A DNA stretch of 64,000 nucleotides from Polyangiaceae bacterium. GTDB taxonomy: Bacteria; Myxococcota_A; Polyangia; Polyangiales; Polyangiaceae. Below, in pieces: positions 21,089-31,612 of the stretch. The position numbers and the translations under genes were made by a program. The DNA is taken from the NCBI GenBank assembly GCA_050287085.1, contig JBNKBE010000001.1:426848-490847 (forward strand), in the 5' to 3' direction. Position 1 is the first letter of the stretch; each line of letters opens with the position of its first letter. Below the pieces are notes generated by a model that did not search any database, was not told where the DNA came from, and saw only the letters and a list, made by a program, of their open reading frames with translations.

Positions 21089-22212
21089 TTGCGGCCCCCA
21101 GCAGCGGGCAGAAGAACAAAGAATGACGCGCCCAGTCCGTCACCGGGAGACTCGACCCAAACCTTCCCACCGTGGGCTTCTACGATGCGCTTCACCAGAG
21201 CGAGGCCAACACCCGTTCCGGGATGGGTCGGGTCAAGCTGTTCGAAAAGCGCGAAAATTCTATCCTTGTAGGCCTCTGTTAAGCCGATACCGTTATCAAC
21301 AACGGACAGCCGCACGCAGTCGCCATCTTGTACCGCGGACACTTTCACCTCTGGACGCCGCTGCCCTCCCATGAACTTGGCGGCGTTCTCAATCAGGTTC
21401 TGGAGCACTTCAAAAAGCCGCACACGATCACCTCGCAGCATGGGCATGGGCTCTTCAACTATCACACGAACCCCTCGCTGCGTAAGAGGTCCCGCCAGCG
21501 ACTCGACCACGGACAGGGCCAGCGCATGGAGATCTATATCTTCTGTTGGATTGACGACCCGGCCGACGCGAGACAGCGCTAAGACCTCATCTAGCAGCCG
21601 CGTCATCTTGTCAGCGGCGGCCGTAACTCGCTGCAGGTCGGAGCTGAAAGTCGAGTAATCCCCGGCGTCGTGCGCGTCTTGGAGCATCCCCGCAAACCCC
21701 TTGATCGTAATCAAGGGGCTCTTCAAATCGTGAGACACCGTATAGGTGAAACGCTCGAGTTCAGCGTTCTTGAAGCTCAATTCTTCGATCAGCTTGGAAC
21801 GCGTGGCTTCCGCCTCTTGGATCGCGCTGATATCGTGCATCACGCCGACGTAGTAGGACTCACTTCGGAGCCGCGCCTCGCCCACCGACAAATGGACGGG
21901 TACATGGCTTCCGTCCTTGCGCCGGGCCACGACATTGCGCCCGATGCCGATCACCGAACGCTCGCCGGTCGCCGCGTAGCGATGCAGATAGGAATCGTGC
22001 GACTGCCCGTCCTCTGCTCGCATGAGCAGGGCCACGTTGCGCCCCACCACTTCCTCCTGGGCGTAGCCGAACAGGCGACTGGCTGCTGGGTTGAATAAAC
22101 GCACAGTGCCATTTCGCTCAATCACCACAATGGCGTCCACCGCGGAATCGAAGAGCGCTTTGAGCAAGGCCTCGCTGAGCTCAAAGTCTAGAAATTCACT
22201 ACCCGCCGTCAT
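21085..22212 (-). CDS. FixL-like heme-PAS sensor histidine kinase
   Basis: PAS FNPAASRLFGY...GRNVALLM...HDSYLHRY...TGERSVIGIGRNVVARRKDG; HDLKSPL, NLIENAAKF, DNGIG, GTGVGL. Confidence 0.88.
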   Translation of the reverse strand: MTAGSEFLDFELSEALLKALFDSAVDAIVVIERNGTVRLFNPAASRLFGYAQEEVVGRNVALLMRAEDGQSHDSYLHRYAATGERSVIGIGRNVVARRKDGSHVPVHLSVGEARLRSESYYVGVMHDISAIQEAEATRSKLIEELSFKNAELERFTYTVSHDLKSPLITIKGFAGMLQDAHDAGDYSTFSSDLQRVTAAADKMTRLLDEVLALSRVGRVVNPTEDIDLHALALSVVESLAGPLTQRGVRVIVEEPMPMLRGDRVRLFEVLQNLIENAAKFMGGQRRPEVKVSAVQDGDCVRLSVVDNGIGLTEAYKDRIFALFEQLDPTHPGTGVGLALVKRIVEAHGGKVWVESPGDGLGASFFVLLPAAGGRN

Positions 22213-22394
22213 CACCTGTTCGCACACTTGACACGCCTGACCGCCGGACGCAACGCGCTCAGTGCGTGTCGGAGAGCAAATTGTTGTCTCGAAGGTAGGC
22301 GACCTTCGCAAAGCCTGGTAGCCATCGGGCGATGAAATTCTTGCTCCAGCCCGGTCTTCCATCGCTCTTCTCAGCGCTACGGCGCGGCGGCGGA

Positions 22395-23402
22395 ATGCGC
22401 CGCGCCCTCCCCGCCCTAACCCTCGCGCTCGCCACTCTTGGGGCCTGCAACCGTCCGCCTGCAGACCCTGCAGAACCCGAAGGCAGCGCGGCAAGCGGTG
22501 CCTCAACGACGGCAGCCACCGCCACGGTCGCAGCTTCTGACTCTCCCTGTGAAGAAGTGGAGAAGAAGCTATGCGCTGAGAGCGGCGAGAAGAGCTCCAA
22601 CTGCGAAGCCTTCGGACTACTCAAAGGCGTTCTGGCTCCAGAGGCGTGTGCGGCAGAACTCTCTCACTTTGAGCACACCAAGACTCAACTCGCCAACGCT
22701 ACCAAAGACTGCGACACGCTGGTGGCCCGACTTTGCGCGGAAGTTCAAACAGAAACCTGCCAAATGGTGACTCAGGCCACCAAGCGCTTTCCGCCCCAGC
22801 AGTGCACAAGCATGCTCGAGCAGATCGACAAGGTCGTCGCTGAACTGAAAGCTGAGGAGGCCAAGAACCAGCCGATCACTGGCGAGTTGCTCGCTGCCCT
22901 ACACGCCCCCAATGCCCCAAGCTTTGGCCCTGCAGATGCGAAAGTCACGGTCGTCGAGTTCTCGGACTTTCAGTGCCCTTACTGCGCTCGCGCAGCCCAG
23001 GTGGCTCGCGACTTGAAGAAGAAGTACCCAACGCAGGTCCGCTTCGTATTTCGCCAGTACCCGCTTTCTTTCCACCAGAACGCCCAGAAGGCCAGCGAGG
23101 CAGCCCTCGCCGCCAACGCGCAGGGCAAGTTTTGGGCCTATCACGACAAGCTCTTCGAGAATCAGCAGGCGCTTGGCTTGACCGATCTCAAGCGTTATGC
23201 TGCTGACGTCGGACTCAACGCAGCGGCCGTGGACAGCGCCCTGGAAAGCAGCCAGTATGCAGAAGCCGTCAAGGCGGATGTCGCACTCGGGGACAAGGTC
23301 TACGTTCAGGGGACACCAACCCTTTTCGTCAACGGTAAGCGCGTGCACGAACCGAGCCTTGCCGGCGTCTCGCAGTTGATCGACGCGGAGCTTGCAAACT
23401 AG
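22395..23402 (+). CDS. DsbA-family thioredoxin-domain lipoprotein
   Basis: LATLGAC lipobox, Cys-rich N-terminal domain, EFSDFQCPYC, GTPTLFVNG. Confidence 0.88.
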   Translation: MRRALPALTLALATLGACNRPPADPAEPEGSAASGASTTAATATVAASDSPCEEVEKKLCAESGEKSSNCEAFGLLKGVLAPEACAAELSHFEHTKTQLANATKDCDTLVARLCAEVQTETCQMVTQATKRFPPQQCTSMLEQIDKVVAELKAEEAKNQPITGELLAALHAPNAPSFGPADAKVTVVEFSDFQCPYCARAAQVARDLKKKYPTQVRFVFRQYPLSFHQNAQKASEAALAANAQGKFWAYHDKLFENQQALGLTDLKRYAADVGLNAAAVDSALESSQYAEAVKADVALGDKVYVQGTPTLFVNGKRVHEPSLAGVSQLIDAELAN

Positions 23403-24648
23403 GCTGCGGTTCCGAAACGCGCGGCATCGAGCGCTTCGCTCAGGCTGCTTCACCGTCGCACTCGCCGGCTCCATCGCGCTAGGCTCTAGCGCGCACGGGG
23501 CCAGCTCGCACGAGACAAGCAGCCAGCATCAGGCTAGCAGCCTGGAGCTGAGCTCCAAAGCCTATGGGCGGGAGCGCTCGCCAGCGCCTAGCTGCGGCTC
23601 GAAACGCAGCCAGGACGCAGGCGCCTGCACTGCCGCAGCAGGCAATCTGCAAGCCGCCGCGCCCATTGCCTGGCTCGTTCCGGGACTGCTCCTCCACGGA
23701 TCTGCGGCCTACGCAGCCGGGCGCCATCAAGTAGCAACCGACTTGATGTGGCTCGAGGGTTCATCGCTTGCACTAACATTTGGCGGCTTCGCCGGCCTTG
23801 CGCTAACCGGCGCTTCGCGCATTACGGCGGCGCCTTTCATCTTGAGCGCCGCCGGAGGCGTAACGCTGTTTGCATCCAGTCTGCTACTGGATGGCTACGC
23901 TGCGCTCGGACCAGAGATGGGCTGGGGAACGGGCGCCCCGCTCGTGCCACTGTGGACAGCTGAACTTGGCTACATATGGCTAAACAACCCCGTCCTCAGC
24001 CTTGAACACCTGGCGGAAGAACGGCTGGAGATGTTCTTGAACCGAACCCGTTTGGCGCTTGCCCTGCGGCAAGCGCCAAGCGCCCCTTATGTCGACTACC
24101 GAGCGGAGGTAGGCTATCGCCCGTGGGGGCAGGCCGCAGTAGACCCGGACGTGAGAGATGGCTCGTTTTGGGAGCTCTGGAGCGCGGGCGGAGTACAAGC
24201 CTTCCCCGAACTTGGCTTCCATACCCACAGCGTCGAAGTCGGCACCAGCCTACGCCTGGGCACCGAGCGGCTATCCCCTTCCCTTCGCGGTGCCTTCCTG
24301 GAGTGGCAAGCAGGCGTTGCCGCACGCTCAACGTCGTTCGACTCTGGCGCACGGCTCGTTGACACAGTGCTGCTGGCCCGCCACGAACTGGGCTGGTACT
24401 TTGGGCGGCGGATGCGCAACCGGAGCGCCGGAGAGGCGAGCCTCTACTACGACCATCGACACGACGATCTGGCCGCTGGCCTGAAAGTGCCCGGCCTCGG
24501 CAGCGGCACGGCGGGTCACTTCGGGCTTCAGGGCGCATGGTGGCTACAATCCGGTGTCGGCGCTCAACTCTGGACCGAGGTTGGCGCCAGCTGGTTGCTC
24601 GGTGCTCGATTACACTTTCAGTACTGGCGCAAGGAGAGGCTGCCATGA
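23392..24648 (+). CDS. Hypothetical exported protein, probable outer-membrane beta-barrel
   Basis: Signal-like N-terminus, amphipathic strands, YYDHRHDDLAAG motif; overlaps both neighbours. Confidence 0.6.
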   Translation: MQTRLRFRNARHRALRSGCFTVALAGSIALGSSAHGASSHETSSQHQASSLELSSKAYGRERSPAPSCGSKRSQDAGACTAAAGNLQAAAPIAWLVPGLLLHGSAAYAAGRHQVATDLMWLEGSSLALTFGGFAGLALTGASRITAAPFILSAAGGVTLFASSLLLDGYAALGPEMGWGTGAPLVPLWTAELGYIWLNNPVLSLEHLAEERLEMFLNRTRLALALRQAPSAPYVDYRAEVGYRPWGQAAVDPDVRDGSFWELWSAGGVQAFPELGFHTHSVEVGTSLRLGTERLSPSLRGAFLEWQAGVAARSTSFDSGARLVDTVLLARHELGWYFGRRMRNRSAGEASLYYDHRHDDLAAGLKVPGLGSGTAGHFGLQGAWWLQSGVGAQLWTEVGASWLLGARLHFQYWRKERLP

Positions 24649-25844
24649 GGTCCAACGCAATGCCGCGCCGTCTATCCGGCGACGCGCAGGTAAGCCGCTG
24701 CTATCGGCGAGCCATGCGCCCGCCGATCCGTACCACCAGTCGCAACAGATTCCGGGCCCTACTGTGCTTGACACTGCTGCCGTGGGTCGCTCCCGCATGT
24801 CTCGATCCGGCCTCCGAGCGAGCCGACATTGATGAAACGATCGGCCTATTGAATGCCCCCGGACTCGAGCTCAGGGTGCGAGATGGGCTGGCCGTCGTTC
24901 GCGAACATAGCGCAACAAGTGTGGTCCTATGGCAGTCAGCCCCTCGCATTGAGATTGCGCTACGCAGCGAAGCGACTTCCCTGGAGCTATCGCTGCACAA
25001 CACTATGCCGCAGTCTGTTGTACAGGTGATATCCGGCGCCGCCTCGATCTCGTTGTTAGAGCCGACGGGCGAACGTCCGTACGCCACGCAGCTCGGGGTA
25101 CGCCTGAGCGGCGCACTAGCCAGCGGAGTGGTGCTGTCAGTGGCTCCGCCAGATAGTTCAATTCGACCGTTTCGCATTGCGCTCATGAGTGACGTGCAGG
25201 AAGCGATCAACCGCGTCCAGGATCTCTATCAAGCGATGAATCTCGACTCCAATATCGAGTTTCTGCTCGGCGCCGGAGATCTAACGCAGCGCGGCACAGG
25301 TCGGCAGCTGCGGCGTTTCGAGCAAGAGCTGCAGCGGCTGAATGTGCCGTATTACACCACCTTGGGCAATCACGAGCTCGGCACGAGCCCCCCGCTATTC
25401 CAGTCCCGGATGGGTCGCGCCAGTCTGAGCTTTGTCTACCGCGACGTTCGCTTCACGCTGATCGACAGCGCCAGCGCAACGGTGGCCCCGAGCGTCCTCG
25501 CGCAGCTGGAAGATTGGCTTCGTTTGGGGCGCCACCAGGTGCACGTCGTAGCGATGCATATCCCGCCGGTTGATCCCTCGGGGATCCGCAACGGATCGTT
25601 TGCCTCGCGGCACGAGGCGTCGGCCCTGCTCTCCGAGCTGCGACGAGGCGCCGTGGACCTCACTCTCTACGGGCATATTCACTCCTATTATGCGTTCGAC
25701 AACGCAGGCATCCCCGCCCGCATCTCGGGCGGAGGGGGCGCGATTCCGGAACGCTTCGATCGCGTGGGACGGCACTACCTCACCATCGACTTCGATCCGG
25801 CGGCACAGTCTTTCCAGACGAAGCTCGTGCCCGTGGGCGACTAG
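24645..25844 (+). CDS. Calcineurin-like metallophosphoesterase (lipoprotein)
   Basis: SDVQ, GDL, GNHE, HIPP, GHIH; VAPAC lipobox-like; ATGA coupling. Confidence 0.88.
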   Translation: MRSNAMPRRLSGDAQVSRCYRRAMRPPIRTTSRNRFRALLCLTLLPWVAPACLDPASERADIDETIGLLNAPGLELRVRDGLAVVREHSATSVVLWQSAPRIEIALRSEATSLELSLHNTMPQSVVQVISGAASISLLEPTGERPYATQLGVRLSGALASGVVLSVAPPDSSIRPFRIALMSDVQEAINRVQDLYQAMNLDSNIEFLLGAGDLTQRGTGRQLRRFEQELQRLNVPYYTTLGNHELGTSPPLFQSRMGRASLSFVYRDVRFTLIDSASATVAPSVLAQLEDWLRLGRHQVHVVAMHIPPVDPSGIRNGSFASRHEASALLSELRRGAVDLTLYGHIHSYYAFDNAGIPARISGGGGAIPERFDRVGRHYLTIDFDPAAQSFQTKLVPVGD

Positions 25845-25905
25845 GGACAGCCCCGAGCGCGGAATTCCCTCCCTGTGAGGGGCTATGAAAACCCGTGGGA
25901 GCGTG

Positions 25906-27834
25906 TCATACGACCGCTCTCGCTTCGGCGCGGTCGCCATGCCAGACGGCATCGAGATCGTCGCGCTCCGCCGTCTCAACCTTGAGCAACAACGTTATCA
26001 GCGCTTGGGCCTGCTCCTTATGCTGAGTGAGAAGCCCTTTGGCCTGCTCTAGCGCGTGAGCCAACAGTTCGCGTGCCTCACTTTCGATCTTGGAGACGGT
26101 CGCATCGCTGGCTCCACCGTCAGTGGCGATGCGCTGGCCCAAGAATGGATGTTCTGCGCCGTGCTCGTAGTAGACAGGCCCCAATTGCTGACTCATGCCG
26201 TAGTGAGCCACCATCTTGGAGGCTAGCTCTGTCGCTTGCTTCAGATCATTTTCGGCGCCAGTCGATATGCTACCCAGAAACTCACGCTCCGCGGCGTAGC
26301 CCCCCATCAGGACGCGCAGTCTCGCCTCGAGCTGCGGCTGGGTCATGATGTGACGCTCCGCAGCCGGTGTCTGCTGGGTGACGCCCAACGCCATCCCACG
26401 AGGAATGATCGTGACGCGGTGGAGGGTATCGGCATGCTCGGAAAACTCCGCCACCAAGGCGTGCCCGGTCTCATGAACAGCAACCCGATACTTCTCGTCG
26501 ACGTCTAGCTTTGCTTCCCGCGGATCGCCTAAGACAATCTTGTCATAGGCGCTGGTAAAGTCGCCGGCCTCGATCGCATCCCCGCCTCGCCGCGTCGCAG
26601 CAAGTGCCGCTTCGTTGACCAGATTGGCCAAGTCCGCCCCCGAAAACCCCGGCGTCATCTCCGCCAAGCGGTCCAACACCACGCTGGTCCCGAGTGGCTT
26701 CTTCTTCGTATGCACCCCCAGAATGGCCCGACGCGCAGCCAACTCGGGTCGGTCAACAATCACCCGGCGGTCGAAACGCCCGGGTCTGAGCAAGGCCGGA
26801 TCGAGCACGTCAGGACGATTGGTTGCGGCCATGACAACCACCAGTGCTTCCCGCGCGAAGCCATCCATCTCGGATAGCAGTTGATTCAGAGTCTGCTCCC
26901 GTTCGTCGTGTCCACCTCCGAGCCCCGCGCCACGGCTGCGCCCCACCGCGTCGATTTCGTCGATGAACACGATGGCAGGCTGGCTCTTGCGCGCCTCGGC
27001 AAATAGCTCTCGTACGCGGGCAGCGCCCACCCCCACGAACATCTCGATGAACTCTGAGGCGCTGATGCTGAAGAACGCAACCCCCGACTCTCCCGCGACG
27101 GCTCGTGCAAGCAACGTCTTGCCGGTTCCTGGGGGGCCTACGAGCAACACCCCACGCGGCACTCTGCTCCCGAGCTTGTTGAAACGCTCCGGCTCCTTCA
27201 AGAACTGCACGATTTCCTGCAGATCTTGCTTGGCTGACTTCAACCCTGCGACGTCGTCAAAGGTGACGTCAACCGCCTTATTGCGCTCGAACTTTCGCCC
27301 CTTGCCTTTGAGCATGCCACCCAGGGGTCCACCCGGTCCCATCGAAGAAAGGCGCCGCGAGAGAAACACCCACACTCCGATGATCAGCACCCAAGGCAGG
27401 AGGGTCAGAACCAACTGCACGGCAAATGGCCGCTCGGCGCTGGCCACCCGTATCTTGACGTCGTGCTTGCGCAGCAGCGGTAGTAGATCTTGGTCCTCTT
27501 CGGGGCGGATGGTCTCGAACGCGTCGTTCTTGGCCTCTTCCGTCTGATCAGTGGGCACCAACTTGCCGACAACACGCTGACCGCGAAGGGTGACCGACTC
27601 AACTTTTCCCTGCTCTGCCCAAGCGTAGAACTCGGAGTAGTCGATAACGCGCCCCGCCGTGGCCTCGCTTGATGAACGCCACAACCACATGCCCGCCGTT
27701 AGCAGCACGAGCAGCAAAAGCCCGGCCCCATTTCCAAGCGGTGAAGGTGACGGCGGAGGGGCCCCCCCAGGCTGCCCCGGTGGGCGCGAGGGCTGAGGCG
27801 GAGCGGGACTACCAGGAGGGCTGGGAAAGGTCAT
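25906..27834 (-). CDS. ftsH: ATP-dependent zinc metalloprotease FtsH
   Basis: Two TMs, [41 protein letters not shown]. Confidence 0.95.
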   Translation of the reverse strand: MTFPSPPGSPAPPQPSRPPGQPGGAPPPSPSPLGNGAGLLLLVLLTAGMWLWRSSSEATAGRVIDYSEFYAWAEQGKVESVTLRGQRVVGKLVPTDQTEEAKNDAFETIRPEEDQDLLPLLRKHDVKIRVASAERPFAVQLVLTLLPWVLIIGVWVFLSRRLSSMGPGGPLGGMLKGKGRKFERNKAVDVTFDDVAGLKSAKQDLQEIVQFLKEPERFNKLGSRVPRGVLLVGPPGTGKTLLARAVAGESGVAFFSISASEFIEMFVGVGAARVRELFAEARKSQPAIVFIDEIDAVGRSRGAGLGGGHDEREQTLNQLLSEMDGFAREALVVVMAATNRPDVLDPALLRPGRFDRRVIVDRPELAARRAILGVHTKKKPLGTSVVLDRLAEMTPGFSGADLANLVNEAALAATRRGGDAIEAGDFTSAYDKIVLGDPREAKLDVDEKYRVAVHETGHALVAEFSEHADTLHRVTIIPRGMALGVTQQTPAAERHIMTQPQLEARLRVLMGGYAAEREFLGSISTGAENDLKQATELASKMVAHYGMSQQLGPVYYEHGAEHPFLGQRIATDGGASDATVSKIESEARELLAHALEQAKGLLTQHKEQAQALITLLLKVETAERDDLDAVWHGDRAEARAVV

Positions 27835-27859
27835 AGGGTTGGACTCGAACGCTAGCGCT

Positions 27860-28216
27860 TCAAGCGGGCTCCGAGCCGTCGCTGCGTTCCCGCCGCGCCT
27901 GCTCGAAAAGACCTTCGAGTGCGGTTTCGCTTTCGGCAGCATGGCGCCGCGCCTCGGCCGCGACTTCCCCGCGCACGTCACCCTCGGCCGCCGGGGTCAT
28001 GCCCTCCGGCTCAAGCGTGACACTCACGGAATCGAAGTCCGCCATCTGACACAGAAAGACCTGGCCCGTCGCCTCGTGCAACAGGGTAAACGCTACGACG
28101 CCCCCCCGGACCGACGGCGGGGCCACAAGGGTACAAGGCCCGCTCTTTCCGCCGCCAACCAACGGAGTATTGCTTCCGGAACCATCATCATCGGGTGTCA
28201 TCTTGAGTCCTCTCAC
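27860..28216 (-). CDS. Small hypothetical protein
   Basis: 118-aa ORF with plausible composition, directly upstream of ftsH. Confidence 0.45.
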   Translation of the reverse strand: MRGLKMTPDDDGSGSNTPLVGGGKSGPCTLVAPPSVRGGVVAFTLLHEATGQVFLCQMADFDSVSVTLEPEGMTPAAEGDVRGEVAAEARRHAAESETALEGLFEQARRERSDGSEPA

Positions 28217-28461
28217 TGCTCTGTCTGCAAGCTTCGGTACGATTGACGCTGCCGCGGCACTCGCCGCTAAAACCCTGAGCCCGCATGAACGTACTGCAAA
28301 GGTGATTCACACACCGCTAGCATGGGCACAAGTCGCCGTGACGCAAGAAGGAGCCACGGCGCAGACGCGGCTCCCGGCGGCACAGTCCCCACCGGCCGGC
28401 TCAGCCCGCAGGTCCATCACCCGGCCCCTGCGTTGGAACCCTGTGTTATTCCTACTGTCGC

Positions 28462-29667
28462 ATGGTTGAGTTCCCGCACCTGTCCTCGTCCCCGCTAAGC
28501 GCTCGTCGCCTGCGACGCCTGGCCCAGAAGCGGGCCGGTCGAAAGGAGCGCTTCGTCCCAGGCAACGCGGTTCAGCTCTTCGTGAACGCGCACGTCTACC
28601 TCGACGATGTGTTCCGGGCGGTTGCCGGAGCCCATCGCGAAGTGCTGGTGGAACTCTATTGGCTCGGCGCCGACAAGACGGGAGCCCGTTTTCTTAGCCT
28701 GTGCGCGGAGCGCGCACGCGCAGGCGTTCGCGTCGTGCTCATTGTCGACGGTTTCGGTTCGCTAAGCCTACCTCGAGCAGCCCTCGACTCAGCAAAGATG
28801 GCCGGCGTGGAGGTGCACTTCTACAATCCCCTCACGCAACTCCAGCTGCGCCTCGGGCTGGTTCATCTCACTCGTCGCAACCACCGCAAGGTCATCGTCA
28901 TCGACCGCCGCGTGGCTTTTCTCGGAGGGATCAACATCGCCGATGAGTGGCGTTCCAAGGCCCACGGCGGAGGGGAATTTCGTGATGAAGGCGTGAAGCT
29001 GGAGGGCCCTGTCGTTGCGCACCTCCGCTACGCGATCGAAATGACGCGCCTCGCCCTGCTCCCCAGGGCCCTCCGGCAACGGGCTCGCACCACCCTCGAA
29101 CGGGGACTCCGTGCCGGCGATACCCCGGTCGCGGTGCTCCGGCAGGCAGGATTTCTGGGCCGAAACCTCGCTCTCAACACCTACATTCGGCATATCCGAC
29201 GAGCTAAGCACTCCGTATTCATCGCCGCCGCGTACTTTGTCCCACCCCCGAGACTGCTGCTGGCCTTGGCGGGGGCAGCCCGGCGCGGGGTACGTGTCAC
29301 CATCGTGGTGCCGGGGGTGAGCGACATTCCGTTCATGCGTTTCGCTGGACGCGCAACCTGGGGACCCCTGCTCAACGCCGGGGCGCGGCTGTTTGAATGG
29401 CAAGGCAGCGTACTGCACTCAAAAACCGCCGTCGTCGACGATCGCTGGCTGACCGTGGGCAGCCTGAACTTGGACTATCTGTCGATGCGCAACAACCTCG
29501 AGCTAAACGTATCCCTGCTCTGCCCAACGGCGGCTCGCCAACTGACGACGTCTTTTCAGCAAACGCTCAACAACTCATCCGAGATCACCCTCGCGTCGTT
29601 TCGCCGTCGCTCCTGGCTCGCACGCTGGCTGGAGAGGATTCTCTTCGCGTTTCGGCGGTGGTTGTAA
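28462..29667 (+). CDS. clsB: Cardiolipin synthase ClsB-like phospholipase D
   Basis: Two HKD motifs (HRKVIVID, HSKTAVVD); no N-terminal TM. Confidence 0.85.
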   Translation: MVEFPHLSSSPLSARRLRRLAQKRAGRKERFVPGNAVQLFVNAHVYLDDVFRAVAGAHREVLVELYWLGADKTGARFLSLCAERARAGVRVVLIVDGFGSLSLPRAALDSAKMAGVEVHFYNPLTQLQLRLGLVHLTRRNHRKVIVIDRRVAFLGGINIADEWRSKAHGGGEFRDEGVKLEGPVVAHLRYAIEMTRLALLPRALRQRARTTLERGLRAGDTPVAVLRQAGFLGRNLALNTYIRHIRRAKHSVFIAAAYFVPPPRLLLALAGAARRGVRVTIVVPGVSDIPFMRFAGRATWGPLLNAGARLFEWQGSVLHSKTAVVDDRWLTVGSLNLDYLSMRNNLELNVSLLCPTAARQLTTSFQQTLNNSSEITLASFRRRSWLARWLERILFAFRRWL

Positions 29668-30397
29668 TGCTCACGTCCGCGTAGAGGGGAAGGTGGTCGG
29701 AAGCGGCCCGAGCCCCTCCCGTACGCCCAAGGTCTGCGTACGTCAGGTGCAGATCCCCCCGGTAGAAAATGCCATCCAGCGGGCGAAGGGGCATCGCCGC
29801 CGGAAAGGTTGCTCGCAGCCCCCCCGCGCGAGCGAACCCCAGCGGCTCAAAGAAGCGGGGCCCCAATGTTCCCCATAGGTCGTTCAAGTCCCCCCCTACG
29901 ACCAAGGGCGTCTGATGATGCACCCCGCCAAAGGGCTTGCTCTCAAAGAAGCGCTGCAGCTGAAGCGCTCGCTCGCTGCCTGCTAGCCCCAGATGCATGT
30001 TGGCCAAAAGCAACGAACGATGGTGTGTCCCGATCGTCACATGAGCCCGCGCCAACACCACCCCACGCTGCTTACGCCACCCCACCTTCAAGTCCACGCG
30101 CTGAACGTCGGTGAGCGGCCAGCGCGACAGGATCAGATTGCCATAGCCACCCCGGCGAAACTGGTGTTCCGGATGAAACGCCGCATGAAAGCCCGAGTGC
30201 TCGCTCAAGCGCTGCACCTGATCTTCGCCGTTCAATGCGGGCATGCCCTGAGCCACCTCCTGAAGCAGCATCACGTCAGGGGCGTAGTGGGCAATGACCT
30301 CGAGGACGCGCCCCAGGTCGTATCGTCGATCGACTCCACCCACCCCCTTGTGAATGTTCCACGACAAGATGCGAATGTTTCTGGAATCGGAAACCAC
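29585..30397 (-). CDS. Endonuclease/exonuclease/phosphatase family (YbhP-like)
   Basis: SWNIHKG, LQEV, GNLILS, HLGL, GDLND, LDGIF, ASDHLP. Confidence 0.88.
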   Translation of the reverse strand: MVSDSRNIRILSWNIHKGVGGVDRRYDLGRVLEVIAHYAPDVMLLQEVAQGMPALNGEDQVQRLSEHSGFHAAFHPEHQFRRGGYGNLILSRWPLTDVQRVDLKVGWRKQRGVVLARAHVTIGTHHRSLLLANMHLGLAGSERALQLQRFFESKPFGGVHHQTPLVVGGDLNDLWGTLGPRFFEPLGFARAGGLRATFPAAMPLRPLDGIFYRGDLHLTYADLGRTGGARAASDHLPLYADVSITTTAETRRESSPASVRARSDGETTRG

Positions 30398-30584
30398 TAG
30401 CTCCAGGCTCCTAGCACACCAGCGCCTTCCTTCTAGCCTGTACCAAAGTCGCGTCACACGCCCGGCCGAAAAGGCCTGTGCTGTGCCCTTGGAGCTGCCC
30501 GTCGGCGCGCAAGCGGCCAAGCCGGCCCCGGACGATACACTCTAGCTCAGGTGTCCCAGTTCAAAAGAACGCGGGGCCCCACTT

Positions 30585-31496
30585 TTGCCTGCGGCGTCTA
30601 ATCAACCGGCTGCGGTGACCGTTTTTACGTTCGAAATGGCGGACGTGCCCGCAGCAACAGACATTGGCCCCAAGTCAACGCAACCAGACATCGCGCGAAT
30701 GTTGCGTCAGCATATGGCGTCGCCCGACTTTCAGCCTGCCATCCTGCCGCAAACCGCCATCGAATTGATGGACCTAGCTCGCGACAAAGACGTCGGAATG
30801 GCTCGCATCGTCGAGGTGATCGAGCGCGAACCCGTGATCGCGGCCGAAGTGCTGAGTACGGCTCGCTCAGCGCTCTACTCGCGAGGCAACCCCATCGAGT
30901 CACTGGAGCAAGCGGCGGTGCGTCTCGGAATCGCTGGGGTGAGTGGACTCTTCATGGCCGCCGCGTTGCGCAAGACGGCTCTCAACTGCAAGCTCTTCGC
31001 TCGCTCGATGGAGCAGCTACGTCGACATATGGTCGCTACCGCACACATCGCCCGAGGGGTGTGCACGATGATCAAGAAACCGGGCGACCGCGCCTTCGTA
31101 TGCGGCCTGCTACACGACATCGGCATAGCGGGTGCTCTGACGGCCATTGCGGAGCTGCCCCAGAAGCATCGTCCCAAAAATCTGGATGCGATCCGCGGAG
31201 CAGCGCTGGATGTGCATCAAGAGGCCTCGGCCCTCATGGGTGTACGCTGGCATCTGCCCTGGGGCACCCAATGGATTATCGGTCATCACCACGACTTCAT
31301 GGTCGACGGCCGCGTGAGTCCCTTGGCGGCCCTCACCTTGCTCTCCTGTCACCTCGCTGGTGCCAGCGGCGCCCCCGCCCTTGATGAGCAGGACGATGAG
31401 CCAGCGCGCCATGCGCTCGACTACTTCGAGATTGAGGGCAACGCTGAAAGCCGGCTCCGCGAACGCTGCCAACGCGTCGTCGACCTGATCGAATAG
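30585..31496 (+). CDS. HDOD-domain protein
   Basis: LPQTA, EPVIAAEVL..A.SALY, AAVRLG, GLLHDIG, WHLP, GHHH. Confidence 0.85.
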   Translation: MPAASNQPAAVTVFTFEMADVPAATDIGPKSTQPDIARMLRQHMASPDFQPAILPQTAIELMDLARDKDVGMARIVEVIEREPVIAAEVLSTARSALYSRGNPIESLEQAAVRLGIAGVSGLFMAAALRKTALNCKLFARSMEQLRRHMVATAHIARGVCTMIKKPGDRAFVCGLLHDIGIAGALTAIAELPQKHRPKNLDAIRGAALDVHQEASALMGVRWHLPWGTQWIIGHHHDFMVDGRVSPLAALTLLSCHLAGASGAPALDEQDDEPARHALDYFEIEGNAESRLRERCQRVVDLIE

Positions 31497-31571
31497 CCCC
31501 CTTGCGCCGCGCTCCGAGAGCACTGCAAAAAAGTTGCGCGCCCCTAGGCTCCGGTCATCCCCCGTTCCGTG

Positions 31572-31590
31572 TGCGACAAGTTATGTCGCA
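31572..31590. promoter_or_regulatory. Perfect palindromic operator-like site TGCGACA-N5-TGTCGCA
   Basis: Inverted repeat 22 bp upstream of the ATG at 31613. Confidence 0.45.
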
Positions 31591-31612
31591 GGGGGTCGCT
31601 AGGGTGTAGACC

